Below the pieces are notes generated by a model. That model saw only the letters and a program-made list of their open reading frames with translations. It searched no databases and was not told where the DNA came from. Made by a program: the position numbers and the translations under genes. Positions 11,526-24,720 of a DNA stretch of 64,000 bases are shown here, one piece after another. Numbering within the stretch: the stretch's first letter is position 1; each line of letters starts with the position of its first letter. The stretch is from Raillietiella orientalis. Its lineage: Eukaryota. Location of the stretch: NCBI GenBank assembly GCA_036172245.1, contig JAYWIR010000002.1:4154001-4218000 (forward strand). The letters run 5' to 3'.

Positions 11526-12410
11526 TTAACGAAGTTTTCTCAGGGATCGAATGTACGCTTGCACGAACACGCGTGTACGCGTTCCGTGTGCTGATAGTGC
11601 TTGACCTTCCAGTTCCATGGTGTTATTAACGGAGTCCTGGTTGTGGCTACAAAATGCCTCCAGACGCCTGGCCACCTCGCCAAGAGGCACGGCTACGTAC
11701 TGAGACACTGGCATTCCTGCTATTGCTCTTTTAATCAACTCCAACTGAGGACATTACTTTTCCTGGAAATCTGCACAGTGAGTTCCAGAGTTCAATGGTG
11801 GAATAGTGGATTCCAGATCAAGGATTTTTTTTTTTTTTTTTTCGAAAGATTCATGTTCAATCATCCACTCACCTCAAGGCATCCCATCTCGCCGGTGGGC
11901 TAAGAATGGTCCTTAAATGTGTATCGTGGGGCGTGTTTCTTTCTTTCTTTCTTTGAAGAATCTGACTCACCAATAGAAGCACAATCAATTTCTTGAGCCT
12001 GAATAAACAGAAAATAGCAAGTTGGGATGCCTCCGGCGGAAGAAATGTGCCATCAATCAAGAACTCGAGAAGACCTCGTAGAAATAAAGTGAAGCATTGA
12101 GAAGGAAAGGGCAATCTCAGTCGTGGAAATTATTTTAGGACCGGGGACATCAGGAAGAACTCACCAACAAATGTTCCAGTTCGCGAAGAGAGCGCGATTG
12201 TAAAAAAAAAAGAAAAAAGAAAAGAAATTGCTTGTCACCTCGAATTGAAATTTTTAAAGGAGATTCCCTTCTACTATGCACGCCATTGTGGACCATAAGA
12301 AGTGTAATTTCACAAGGGGATATGGAAAAGATGAGGGAATTTCGAGATATGAAACGATCCACAAAAATGAGCATATCTTCGCGAATGAATGGGAAGTTAT
12401 GTTTCAAAAA
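11526..12410 (-). CDS. Candidate multi-exon gene, unknown product
   Basis: Three minus-strand GTGAGT donors (near 11870, 11967, 12162) and a terminal exon CAG|LELIKRAIAG...RSLRKLR*. I could not build one consistent phase chain. Confidence 0.3.
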
Positions 12411-13512
12411 GAGTCATGTATTTGTCGGCTTAAAGAAACTTCATGACCTGATAATCGAATCTTTTGTTCAGGGATTAATTAGTACCTCGCTGGGTTTTCC
12501 CCGATAGAGTGCAAAAAATTCCACTCAGTGTATTAAAATTCTTAACCGAGTTTTTGCAGTTGAAATAGAAAAATGTTCTTCGAAGTTTTGATTTTGTTTA
12601 CCACTATAATTAATCATACCTATAGTTTGACATGTAATTTAATGAACGCACCAGATTCAAGATTGAAAACTATGGAGTGAAAAATAGATAGGAGTAAAAA
12701 GTTAAGGTTTTCTGCTGTGATGCAGCCTTTTCAATCGTAGCTTTGTATAACCTCTAGGGAGGGCGCTTTCAACCCGAGTCCATAAAAACTTTCTGGATTG
12801 CATTTTTCACTCCAGTGCAATTTTGGAAACGTATATGACAAAATACGCTGCAAACAAAAGGTGAATGGGTAAATTGTGTTTTAAGAAGCACAGCCAGATT
12901 ACTGATAATAATTCTTACCACAAGCATAGTCTTCAGGTTAAATATTCACTTGTAAAGATAAAGCGTACTTGATGGCTTTCATAGTTTTTATTTTTGTTAT
13001 CATATTAAAAGAAATTGTCTCCTAGTTTTCTAAGAGTTGTTTGTGGATACGGGACGATTTTTCCGTGCTCGAGTGTGACTGTATAGAATGATGTTAAAGC
13101 TGTAAAAGATAATCGATGCGGTAAAATACTCTGAATATGCCCTTCATTTCAGTGGAATATATTATGCGAATCATGCCATTATCATAATTATTTTTCTGAA
13201 ACTCCATTACAACAACAACAAATCCAGAAATTGCTTTTGTAGTGATTGATAGATTGATTGATAGAAAAACTATGATCTCACAGATTAATTAATTCAAGAA
13301 ATAAAGTAACAGATCGGTGTAATCAAGAAGTCAACTCTCAATATTTATCAATCGAAAGTTTTAGTAGATGTTTCTTTTCAATCAAGATTAGATTCCTTCA
13401 TAGTTTACAAATTAATTGATGCGGAGAATATAATGGAGTCATTTTTGTGAGGCCGGATGAATTCTTTAGAAGGAACAATATATAATGCAAAAAAATGTAT
13501 GAAAAATAATTT

Positions 13513-14033
13513 ATGGAATGTATCTGCACAGATGACTGTAAAAATGATTCGGGGTTTTACAAAACTGGTAATTTGAAAAACAATTTGCAAAGGGAATATT
13601 CAAATGGGATATTGGTAACCCGAGTTTTAGCAGAAAGTTCGAATGACCATATGGCGCGGATACTGTGTATGACCTGTAATCAGCATTTAGGTATCAAAGC
13701 ATGTGGTATGTGGCGTCTCATGGCGTTGTATGTTATTGTAATATAGTTCATCTACATGTACCAATATTAGTGATGGAATATATTGATCCATGATTGTTAC
13801 TGCATTTCCATCAACGTGTTACATGGATTCTGTCATATGACACCACGTAAACCAATATTAGTGTTGGAATTTTTTAATTTCTTGTGAAAATTAGTTTTAC
13901 CAGATTACCCAGAAAGTACGTGGTTCTTACGTGCCCTGGGAAGTTGTTTGAATGATGCTGTGAAAATGATCTCATATCTTTCATATATCATAAAATGATC
14001 TCATTGTTTTCAGCAATTGTTTCAGTTGCCTGA
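13513..14033 (+). CDS. Candidate small gene, possibly Yippee/Mis18-type zinc-binding fold (3' exons only)
   Basis: HMARILCMTCNQHLGIK resembles the Yippee HxVxDIxCxxCxxxLGWK motif. Phase-compatible donor at 13706, 12-nt exon 13904-13915, last exon 14014-14033. Confidence 0.3.
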
Positions 14034-14183
14034 AATTTTGTTTGCATATCAGTGTACATGTATCCCAGTGTAGTGTGGGTCATTACGGTATTTCAGAATT
14101 GAAACAATAAGTAATCCGTGGTGCCCCAGAGAAAATAAAATTGAAAAATGCAAACAGACGAAGTTATTTTTTTTTAAATCAAA

Positions 14184-17100
14184 ATGCCTTCCAACTATTT
14201 TGGAAGTGATACAGGAAAGAGACGAAGAAATAAAAATACTTTCAAGTTTAGTACTGATAATTCAAAACCCAAACAAACGGTTCTATCAGGAACACGCCCT
14301 GATCGAACAAGCTACCTACGTTATAAGAGATTAGTTGGTAAACACAAAACAGTGCAAGCTGAAAATAAAGGGGTATGGTGAATTTTGTATTTGAAGAGTT
14401 GCATTTTTTTGCATAGGCAAATGCTTTGCGGTCCATTGCTTTTTTTAAAATCGAGCCGCTTATTAGAATTCAGAATGATCCATGGCCAATAGTTGGAAAG
14501 TGCTGTGCCCAATGTTTGCCCATCAGCAAAGTGAGTGGATTGGAATGTTGGGATAAGTATTTGCCCACTTTTATGACTTTTAAGACTTACAATAACATTT
14601 TAAGATTTGTTTTGAAAACTGGGAATGGAAGAATCTGGCAACTTTAGACTAAGCTTTCTGAATTTGCTGGCGCTTGAGATTGTAGCATATTAGGAAATTC
14701 AAAATCATTTCATATGACTCTCAAAAAATTTGGAGAATCAGATGTTCACTTTCAGTACTGACCATTTTCAATAAACTTTGAAAAGGCTAGTGCTGAAAGT
14801 ACTTTTTTGTTTTATGCTTTGCTTTTTAGCTGAACTGTTGCTCTCCAAAATAATAAGTGTAGAATTTACTGAATTAATATATATTTTTCATGACAATCCA
14901 TGTATCTATTTTTCCAGCAAAGCCTGCTTGATAAACTGGCCATGACCCTTGGGAAAATGAATCTGTTGTCTGTACCAACTCAGAATAGAAACTACAACTT
15001 CCTAACACGCTGGACATGCTATTTGTCATATGTGTGGAAGTTGGAGCATTCTTATGAATACATTAATTTTCAGGAACAGGTAGATTCAAACTAAATGAGT
15101 TTTGCCTTAATTAGGCAGTATAGGTGAGAGATAAACAGCTGCCTGCCTTGCTAGAATTTCCTAAACAGAGGAACTCATTGTTGAAACTGTTCCAGAATCT
15201 ATTTAATTGGATGTTTGGATGCTCCGGTAACCTCTGGTTCTTGAGGTAAATGGTTCCTTTTGCAAAATTAATTAGCATTTTGTCTTATCAAGTAGGATTA
15301 GTATTAAGAACTCGAGAAATTTGGACTCTGTGTTCCTATCTGTGATTCGTATTTCCATTTGCGAGTTCACGTGTTTTCTGTGTTGCTTATTTCCATTGCT
15401 GTGTTATTCTTGTTTTCTCTTGTTTTCGGTATCTAAATATTAAGTAATTCAGAAGAATTTTCTTCAACATTCACTTCCAAGAACTTAGATCCCTTTAGAT
15501 ATCAAATTCCATAAGGTATTGGTATCAAAGATGTAATTTTTCAGTCTCTTAATGACTTCAAACATTGGCTATATTTCCAATGTATCTTGTGCCTTTCTAA
15601 TTAGAATTAGCATGTGGTATTATATTTCTTTTGTAAGCATGTTGATTGTGTATGCTGAATTTAAATTGCTGATGCAGTTTTAAACAGCATGTAAAATATA
15701 AGAAAGTAATCTTAGTCTGTTGTCATTACAATCATCTTTGGGTAATGGCTGGAATGTACAGTCCATCAGTATGGTATAACTCTACACTTGAAGTTTAGCC
15801 TTTATGTTCTGTTGTGGTATTACTCATTTAAAATTGGTTGCATAAATACAGGATTCTTAACATGACTGTTAGTGTGCCCCAAGACTACTCCTCCAAGTTA
15901 TAGGGAATGTTAGCATTATTGGGACCAGGTTTTTGGAATTCCACAATTAGATTTTCAGTGCACATTTGAGTATCTTGTTGCTAGATGAAAACAAAAAAGC
16001 TGCATTCTTGGATTGAATTTTTGTGTCATGTGGTAACCATACCACATGACACGAAAACTTTTTTTGTATTTCATTTGTCATCATTGTTTTCGGGTGATAG
16101 TGAAATAATGTATGCCAACTGATTTTACCTTGTCATGTTCACTTATCGTTTTTTCTTAATGTTCTAATATTGTGATAGCTGAAGTGAAACAAAATAAATA
16201 AGTGTAGCTTTAATAAAGAAAAAAGGATCATAAACAGCAAATGCATAATAACCATGCATGTTGATTGTATTGCCAGTGAAATCGTTCAACCTGATCAGTT
16301 TTACACAAGTAGCTTTATCTAGCTTAACACAGGAACCTTAGAATTATGTAGTGTTTTTCCTAGGCTCTTTCTCAGTCTGGAACTTCATCACCATGTATGT
16401 AATTTTTGTTCATAATTGATTAGCCACTTGTTTAAGCATTTGCTGGAAACCTCATCTGATTTGATTTTTTGTTCTAGGTTATCACTGTGGTTGACTTACA
16501 AATTCCTTCACAGCTGCTTTCAGACAGTGCAGATGTACAAGGGACATGTGGATATGTTGCAGAGAGCAGTCTTGTCACCATATCCAGTACTATTTGTGAT
16601 GCTTGCTCAGAATCCATTGGATTATTTGCTTTTGAGTTTTGCTCTAGTAAGCAATGAGTTGCCTCTGCCTCATATTATATCACTCAGTGATAAGGAAGAT
16701 TACTCCTTTTGGTAATAAGACATGAATATCCTATGTTAGTTCATATATCACTTGTTTGACCAGGGAGGCACTCAGCAGGATAAATCATTGGCAAATAAAC
16801 CTTGAAGGTTTTTCTAAAAAATCAGCACAGACAGAATGCATTTCCGTTATCTTAAAAGAGAAGAATCCTTTGGTATTGTTGCTTGACAGACAGCATCTGG
16901 ATGCAAGTAAGTACATTTTTGCATGTTAGAATGCGAGTTATCGTTAATTTCAGATCAGCATCTAAACATTCCAATAAAAATGTGTTCATCTGGAAATTTG
17001 GTGGATGTTCTTATGGTCCCTGTGGCCATTAGTTATGAAAAAGTTTTTACTTCAAAAAATGTTTTGTCATGCAATGGAAATGTTAGAATCAATGTAGGAC

Positions 17101-19107
17101 AGCCTTTCAGTTTACAAGTACACCAATTGAACTAGTTACGGATGTAATAGCTTACAAACATTTCAGGAATTGATGAAAGCAGCCGTTTCCAACAAAGCAG
17201 ACAGATCATATGTTTACAGCTTAGATGAACAAGGGATGCAGCAGTACATGTTGGATCATATTCAGTTTGGTATGTACATATTAGAGTGATTTTGAACAAA
17301 GGAACTTGAAGTAAAGCTTTTGAAATTCAGGAAAACTTTTACTGGAGATCGGAAGTTTGATTTTTAAATTCAATTTTATGCAAAAATAAATCCTAAATGC
17401 TTTGAAGATATATGCGAAACAATAATTTTGATTTTGATCAGCCATCTAGTTGTAGGCCCTATGAACATGTTCAGTTTTTCCTATTTTCCACATTAATTTT
17501 TATGATCTTTGTTATAACCATTTATTCATATATCATACATATTGGAATGTTCTTTGTAAGCTTGCGAGTCAGCATAGATATCTTAAGCTTGAAATATTCA
17601 GTCCTGCACTTACAGGTCCTAGTTATGACTTTCACATGGAAATTCAGTAATCTAAATATTCAACTGCATTTCCCTAGTTACGTGAACCATCTGTCGCCTC
17701 TTGTATTGTATTAAATCAAAAAGATTGATATTTAACTGAAAATTTTGCTTCTCAACTGATGTCAGTAGAAATACGAAACCACTTTTCCTGTTGCTATCTT
17801 GCACCACCAGCAATCATACTTGTTAACTTTACTATTGCCAATTGCAATTTTTCTTGCAGATTGTAGACGTCTGTCCACAATTATGTCAACAGATGTGGTT
17901 TCGTGTATTCTTTTGTATGGGTTTGAAGATGGTCCGACATTAGCAAACTTGCAGGAGTGGATAACATGGATGTCGGAAGAAATTCGTCAGCGCAAACACG
18001 ACCTAGGCTTCACTGGTAGTGCAAAGGATGTTGCCCTGCATGCTGTATGTATTGAAGAGTGAGGCAATTGGAAGTATATTTGCAATTATAGATTGAAATG
18101 TTAGAGGACACAGTAAAATGCTCTTATGTAAACAAGGAAACTGATGTAGAGATAATTCTTCTGAAAACGCCAACAGCTTTATGCCATTTGCAGTCTCATG
18201 CCAGTGCAGTGGTTTCAGTATTTATCTGGGATGCAACCCTTGGTATAAGCTTTAAGAGTGTGCATTGACTAAAAACATTTTCAAGAGTAGCAGTTGCAAT
18301 CTTGAACAACGTTCACCCAGAACTTTTGAAATCCTATTGTAGCATGTGCAATCTGGTAGTTCAGCAACAACAAATAAATCAAACAGCTTTGAAACTTCAG
18401 CAATGGCTTCAAGGCTTTAGCCACATGGTTCCTCCTTGCTGTCAACTTCCCCTCCAAGTCATCGATGTGATAGATCGATTTGTGCAAAAAGGTATTCTGT
18501 GCTTTCAGAAGGTATAAACATAAAGCAAAGATAATGGAGGTTACTATATGTCTTTTGATCAGGACCAAAGAAGCAGAGGTTCTGGTGTTTGGAAAGATTA
18601 TGATGTTGAAGATGAAGAAGGCTCTTATTATTCTCCACAAACTTTTCTTGAGGTTGACGCATGTGAGCTTATTTGCATTGCAGAAAGTATCTTTGTCTTC
18701 AGGTGTCATGCCATCCCAGACACCAAGAGATGTTGTTTTTCTTTTCATCCTTGCTGCAACCAGTTTTACTGGCATGCTTAGGAGTCATCTCTCAGTTGTA
18801 CAAAATGGTGCACAGTGAAATTACAGAGCGTTATCTGATCAAAATGGTGGACAGTTTTGTGAAGTCTAGAAATTACAAAAATAGTTCGTTTCCCTTCAAC
18901 ATGTTGATTTATATTTGACTGTTCTTTGTAGGTGAACTGATAACCGCAGACTATATCCAAAGTGTAATCCAATCTTTGTACAGGATGAAGGTTCTGGAAA
19001 CACATCGACAAGAGGACATTACGGTCCTGTATCTGTCTTCAGAATATGATAGCTATACCAAAGTTGAATCGCTTGTGAATGAGGTACAAGAACTGTACAT
19101 TTGGTAA
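14184..19107 (+). CDS. GPAM: Mitochondrial glycerol-3-phosphate acyltransferase (GPAT1/2)-like protein with degenerate catalytic motifs
   Basis: Phase-consistent GT-AG exons: 14184-14372, 14417-14530, 14918-15079, 16364-16398 (least certain), 16478-16711, 16764-16906, 16954-17117, 17167-17269, 17860-18044, 18092-18242, 18291-18511, 18563-18652, 18703-18883, 18932-19107. GPAT1-like motifs: PIVGKCCAQC, YKGHVDML, DYLLL, VPVAISYE, VRINVGQPFSL, IMSTDVVSCILLY, DLGFTGSAKDVALHA. Confidence 0.9.
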
Positions 19108-19519
19108 AGAGAGAGAAGCATCATGTAAGCTTCAGTGAAACAGAACTCTGGAGGATCTGTTGCAATATTTGGGTGAATTCTTTGTGACTATGATATGAGA
19201 AAGTTTGAAGTCCCTCCCCCGCCCAATTTTGTATGTATTGCAAGTCTGTCTCACGAAAAGACGCGAAAGCTGTGACCAAGTACACGAGCTCGAAGTAAAT
19301 TGTGCCTCCGTCAGCCCGTGCAACCTGGCCAATCCACCTGCGTTGCGAGCGGACACCGGCCGTACGTTCCGAGCGATTCACAGAAAATGAAAGCACCGTT
19401 TAGAGTGATACGAAATTTCTTTTTTCTTGCATCCTCGATCATTCCTTGCATTTTTATTTTTTCTGGTTTACCATTTCGCGCGTCTGTGTTTCCGTTTTCG
19501 TACTCCTCACAGCTGTATT

Positions 19520-19923
19520 ATAAAGAATCTTTCAGCTCGCGTTTCGGAAATGCAGTCGCGCGGCCGCTAGAAACGGCAAACTTTGAATGCCCCTCCGGCC
19601 CGTAACCCCATCTTTGGCGAGCACTATAGCTGCCGGAAGCACTTTGAGTAATCGGGTTTTTCGTCCTCTCTTGCTGACTTCCGGGTTGCGACGGGCAGTT
19701 GTCCATGATCAGCACAGTTCACCGATCGCATGCCTCGTGAAATGCCCGCCGTCACTTTTGAGGAAACGAAACACGCTAAGGGAAAATCTGGTTTCCCAAG
19801 GACACGGGCGTTTTCCGCTGATGTTCACATGGGCAGGAGTACTGCTTCAGCAGTTCCTGGCGGTGGTCTTGCGGCTCGTTATTCCAAAGGTGCTTGCGAT
19901 TCCGAGGTTGAATTATGCGTGGA

Positions 19924-19968
<45 letters not shown>

Positions 19969-20950
19969 GGTCCCCGCGGAATTTTTAGGAAGAACTTGGA
20001 TGTCATGTCGTATTCGCGGTTGCGCTGCTGCAGTGTGAGGAATCGTTGGAAAAGACGCTTGCATTGTGAACGTGCCTCTGTCTGGTGTTAGCTCATTATC
20101 CCCTGAAACAACCGAGAGCCTCAGTGCACCGAGTTAACAGCACTAAGAATTGTTCCTTTCCCAAATAAAAATTGCTCACTCCAGTTGCAGCTGCGAAATT
20201 GTTAGCTTCGAAACACGAGCCTCGTGTGTACAGGAGTCCCTCCTGATGAGCCGCTACATCAGGTCCCTGTAATCAGGGAAATGATCCTTCCTGACACCTG
20301 CTTGAAGAGGTGCATGAAGGTACTTGAGTGAAATTGGGAACCGGAAATACCTGACAACAGTTGACATCTACCATTTGTGTGAAGCTGCACTCAAACACAT
20401 GAAATCAATGCAGGGAGGGGAGCTCCAGCTTAGCGGGTCTTTTTTCCATTGCACGAAGCATGGTGTTTCAGAACCCTCCTTTAAAATTTTCATTTCCTTT
20501 GCCCACAACTGGTTGATGCCACACGAGTTAACAAGACTATATCCGTGAGCGTCGAAATCCAAGACGATTTTGGTGTCTTGTGGACGAAAATTAATGTGCA
20601 GTCTTGCATGCTAGTTAATTTTCGTGTTCAGGAATACCAGGTGTGCTACTAAAACTCCCCTGCAAGAATGAAGCAAAGTGGCTAACTTCAACGATCTGCC
20701 TGTTCAACCCAAGTTTTTTGTGATGAGTTTCATCCGAACGTCGGCTCGACCTTGGACCCCATCCTTGCAACTAAACTGCACCTTGTGGGAAAGAATGGAA
20801 GGTGGACGTTTCAGCACCAATTCAGGAAAATTTGGATTGAATTGTGGCACTCATGATGATCCTTGAAACAGAGGCGTCCGTCTGTAGCTGTTTGAAGGCA
20901 TGATCTGTTAGCAGGGGGAAGTAACACTTCTAAGAACTGGCTCCAGCCCA
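19520..20950 (-). mobile_element. Decayed pogo/Tigger DDE transposase fragments (at least two)
   Basis: Minus-strand TDGRLCFK (DETGLFxK), VLPKNST..IIQP (FLPPNTTSxLQP) and a second piece MLIMDNCPSQ..GAFK. Confidence 0.5.
19926..19966 (-). repeat. 41-nt poly(T) run (minus-strand poly(A) tail of a tiny retro-insertion)
   Basis: Homopolymer seen directly, flanked by GGAAGTTTT / GGAATTTTT. Confidence 0.85.
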
Positions 20951-21329
20951 GTTCCTGCAGTAGAATTCCTTTGAATCTCATCTTCATGTCTTGCATGCTG
21001 TTTTGAAATGGGAGGTGTTCACTTCACATGTCAGTTATAAACGTTAGGGAGCGCCGTGCTTGGATCGCAAGATCTAGATGGAGTGCTTTCTACAGAGCAT
21101 TACTTATTGAAATTGCAAATTTTATCTATGCTCAAGCTTTTTTGGGGGGTCTTCTTTTTTTTAAGAGAAGACATTCTTCTGTGTTCCTTAATTTGAAGTT
21201 TAAAATTGTGACGACGACCAATGTCTTTCTTCAGAGTTCCCTAAACAAAGCAGAAATGAAGCCTCATTCTTCAGAATCGTGAAACTGCTCTCGAGGAACT
21301 GGTTCTAGGGTTTTGTTTTACTAGAAACC

Positions 21330-22260
21330 AGAGATAGAGGACAAAAAAACGGAAAGACGAGGCAGCCCTAGACTACAGCGAAATCCCTGAACTTTTTGAG
21401 GGTTGTTAAACCTTCAACAGAACAGGTGGGAAAGTCGTGCGTTTGATGCTCTCGTTGAGCCGTCCGGCTCATACCTACGAACGGAAGGTTATCGATCTAG
21501 ATTATAGATCCACATTAATACGGTCAGTTGAGGATAAAACAAGAGCAAACTGATAGTTATTAAAGAATATTTGAAGAATCATGGATGCACGCATCTTCGT
21601 AAGACAACATTGGAAACTCCTTGGAGCCCTCGAATCGGTCCACGACTTTGCAAAACATAACAGATTCCGCGGGAATATCAAGAGATATCGAGACCAGAGC
21701 ACGAACCAACCAACTGCAGCCAACTCTTTTTGCCCCTTTGGCCTTCGTCAACATTCCGCCAGGAGGATTCCGCACCCGTCGTTTTTACTTTGCTTGTAGC
21801 TTCTCTGCGTTTGCTTGCAAGCTGGCAGCATTTTCCAGAATCCTTCACCTTGAGGCAAGGGAATCACAACTGATGACGAGGTCTCCCACATTCCGATCAC
21901 AGTGTCTGGCGACTAGAGTCGTGAAGATGTTGTTCACACAGGGATCCCCAAAATTTCATACAAACGCCGAACTGACCTTCGAGTATGTGTAGACACATCT
22001 GATAGTTTGCGGTTGTGCCCATTCTACGTTTTATAGTCCGGGCTCCGAATGATAGCAGTCCCGTCCACTTGCGTGTGTTGGTCGGCTAAATGATCATGAT
22101 GATACAGAAAAAAATTCTACATGACATTGCTTCTTCGGCACAGTTGTGAATAAACCCACTACGCGGGTGGATCCGGACCTACGTGTACCAGAAAACATTT
22201 CGTAACCTAGCCATAACTTGTTGCTGACACCAAATAACCTCGTGTCAAGGATATTTAATG
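21330..22260 (+). mobile_element. Possible decayed Penelope-like element (RT thumb to C-terminus)
   Basis: AFDALVEPSGSYLRTEGYR (FLDVLV...TxVYRK), LDYRS, IKEYLKNHG (LxxNGYP), and VNKPTTRVDPDLRVPE (NRDxGLxLP). Interrupted. Confidence 0.4.
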
Positions 22261-23289
22261 ACTAAGAGAATTGACTGTTAACCCATTCTCGTCCCTGTCG
22301 CTCGTGTTGATTGACAGGTGATTGATCCGTGCTTTCGTACGATTTTGTTTTCCATTATCTGAGTTCGGCTTGGTCTCTTCAGCTCGGTCAGTGCTTTATT
22401 TTCATTTTTTTAAAGGAGTCTTGATCGTCACATTAACTGTTTGTCAGTATCATTTTCATCACATTCATCACACACGTAGCTCGCGAACCACACCTACAGC
22501 GTCAGCGTGGCTAAGCTTATCCTGAGTATCCTCAGCTGGAAGTTAGTATGTGTGCCTGGGATTTTTTTTTCTTTTTGCAGCCTGTGAGTGTCTTTTCCAG
22601 TTTTCCGATTCCTCGTTCTGCGTAAGCGTTCCATAGTTCTATTTTTGAGCATTCCAGAGAAGCAGTGGATCCTGCAAAGTATAATCCCCGCACACTGAAG
22701 TCGGAAGGGGATTCAGAATTAGGATTTAGAGTGGATTACAAGGATTCAGGCAGGTTCTCCAGCGACTCGCATGTGAGAAACACAAACCAAAGAAGCTAAG
22801 CCATACGCCGCTTTGCTATGTGCTTGCCTGCAATTACATTCCGCTTATGGTTCCCCATGTCTGTCCATCAGCATCCAGAGTCGACATCAGATGGCGTTCG
22901 TAATAGGTTCAAAAGGGATATATAAGAGTAATAAAAACTGTTAAGGAGCTGGAATGGAATGAAACGGTTAAGGAATGGAACGGTATTGTCTCCATAAAGA
23001 GCACGTAACATTCACGATTTGTGATGGGGTTTGCTAAAGTCGGGTTTGCATGCCCTAAATGGGAAACATTCGCAATAAAAAGCTTGAGGAACTGTTTTCA
23101 AACGTTAACGAATTCGGAATCGTAAACATAAAGAACTTAGAAAATTTTAGATCCTTGGAAGCTTTGGACTTCTGTTGGCGAATCCTCGGAGAAAGGCGCT
23201 GTAGGCCCAAAGGTGGTTTTTCTCAGACTTTGAACAATAAAATCCATCACATCATGTGTGTTGAGATTGCATGGCCATATGTGAGGACT

Positions 23290-24720
23290 TTACCTATGTA
23301 AGTAAGGTCAACAGCGTTCAAAAGGTGCCTGGCATACATGAATGCTGATCACCCAAAAACATCCCATTTCTGCTAGTCAGCAGTTGGAGAAATGACACAA
23401 ATTTTTAACTAGTACTGAAAAACTGTTTCTCCTCTTTTTCTCCCTCATATCTGTAAAGTAGCTGTCTTCACAGCTGCAAATTTACTATCCTCGTATCACA
23501 TAAGAAAATGAGCCTTTCCCTAAGTATTCATATGTGCACTACATCATTTCAATTTTCTTGCATACACTTCACTTGCTATGCTTACTATTTTTAAACTAAT
23601 TTGGCAATGTGGTTTGGCAGTGTTCAGTTATTCAACAGCTTCTGTGATTGATTCATGATCTTAGTTTACACCCTAGCAATCTTATCTTCTAAGCATACTC
23701 AATCTTTTTTGTTTTATCTTTATTTTATAACTTTGTTTAATAGTTAAGGATGTTTGATAGAGGTTTTCGAATATCCCTGTACATACTTGATTTTGTATTG
23801 GGTTCACTTACATCTTATTTGGATTTAACAACTTCAAGAATTTCTCTCGGACATTATGATTACACAGATGGAGAACTTGAATGCTAGAAGGAACATTCCC
23901 AGCTGTGCTACTCATAAATCATAATCAATGAATTTATAATGTATTAGCATGGTAGACTTTCAGTATTGTTCAGAATTCAGTACATGTATGCACACTTCTG
24001 TGATGCTTGCAATTTTTGATGTCCAAAATAATAAATCTTCCCATGCTTTATAAGCATTTCTCTGATCTAGTTCATTAGACGCATTTGCTGGAAGAGCCTC
24101 ACAAATGCACAGGAATGTGGATGCACTACGTTTTTCCAGAACAGAAAGAGGATTTATTTTCCAGGACTGTTCTTTCACATACTCTAGTTAATGGAAATCC
24201 ATCTAACTGGCTACTGAAATTCTGCAGTTTGGAATGGCTCAGTCTACCAGCTATTTAATATCCTGTGTGTGACCATCATGTTGGTAATTCACTTGGTAGT
24301 TTTCACTGGTAGAGAATAATCTTTGGTAATAGTATAATACTTTAAGCAGTTTCCAGATCAAAGTATTTTTTGTCAATCCACCAGTTCTGTACCCTTTCTG
24401 TCAAGATAGTGCAATCTCTTCATTGTAATTGCATGCATTTCTTTTCGATTCTATATAACAGCCAAAGCCATAACACTTGTGAAGAGAAAGAGATCCTATG
24501 AATATGTGGGAATTTCTTACTCATCGTGGTACGCAATTCTAAAAGGAGTTTCTGGTACACAATCCTTAAGTTATTGTTTTTTGTTAAATATATCTTAAGA
24601 TAACCATACAGATACTTCAACTTGTTTATATTGATCCACTGACACAACCATCTCTCTTGCAATCCCGGCCAACTTTTGGTAACTTTTGTACTTCCCTTTT
24701 TGCACATCTTATCCAATTGT
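23290..24720 (-). pseudogene. Candidate multi-exon gene or pseudogene, unknown product
   Basis: Exon-like blocks bounded by AG/GT (e.g. EYVKEQSWK...KIASITE at about 23995-24185; DCVPETPFRIAYHD), but some blocks contain in-frame stops. Confidence 0.25.

Noticed and set aside
20200-20262. Hammerhead-ribozyme-like arrangement (CGAAAC..hairpin..CTGATGAG) near a Penelope-like remnant
   Set aside because: The cleavage triplet would be GUG, stem II is broken after one pair, and CUGAUGA is sequestered in competing hairpins; best seen as chance hairpins inside a pogo remnant.
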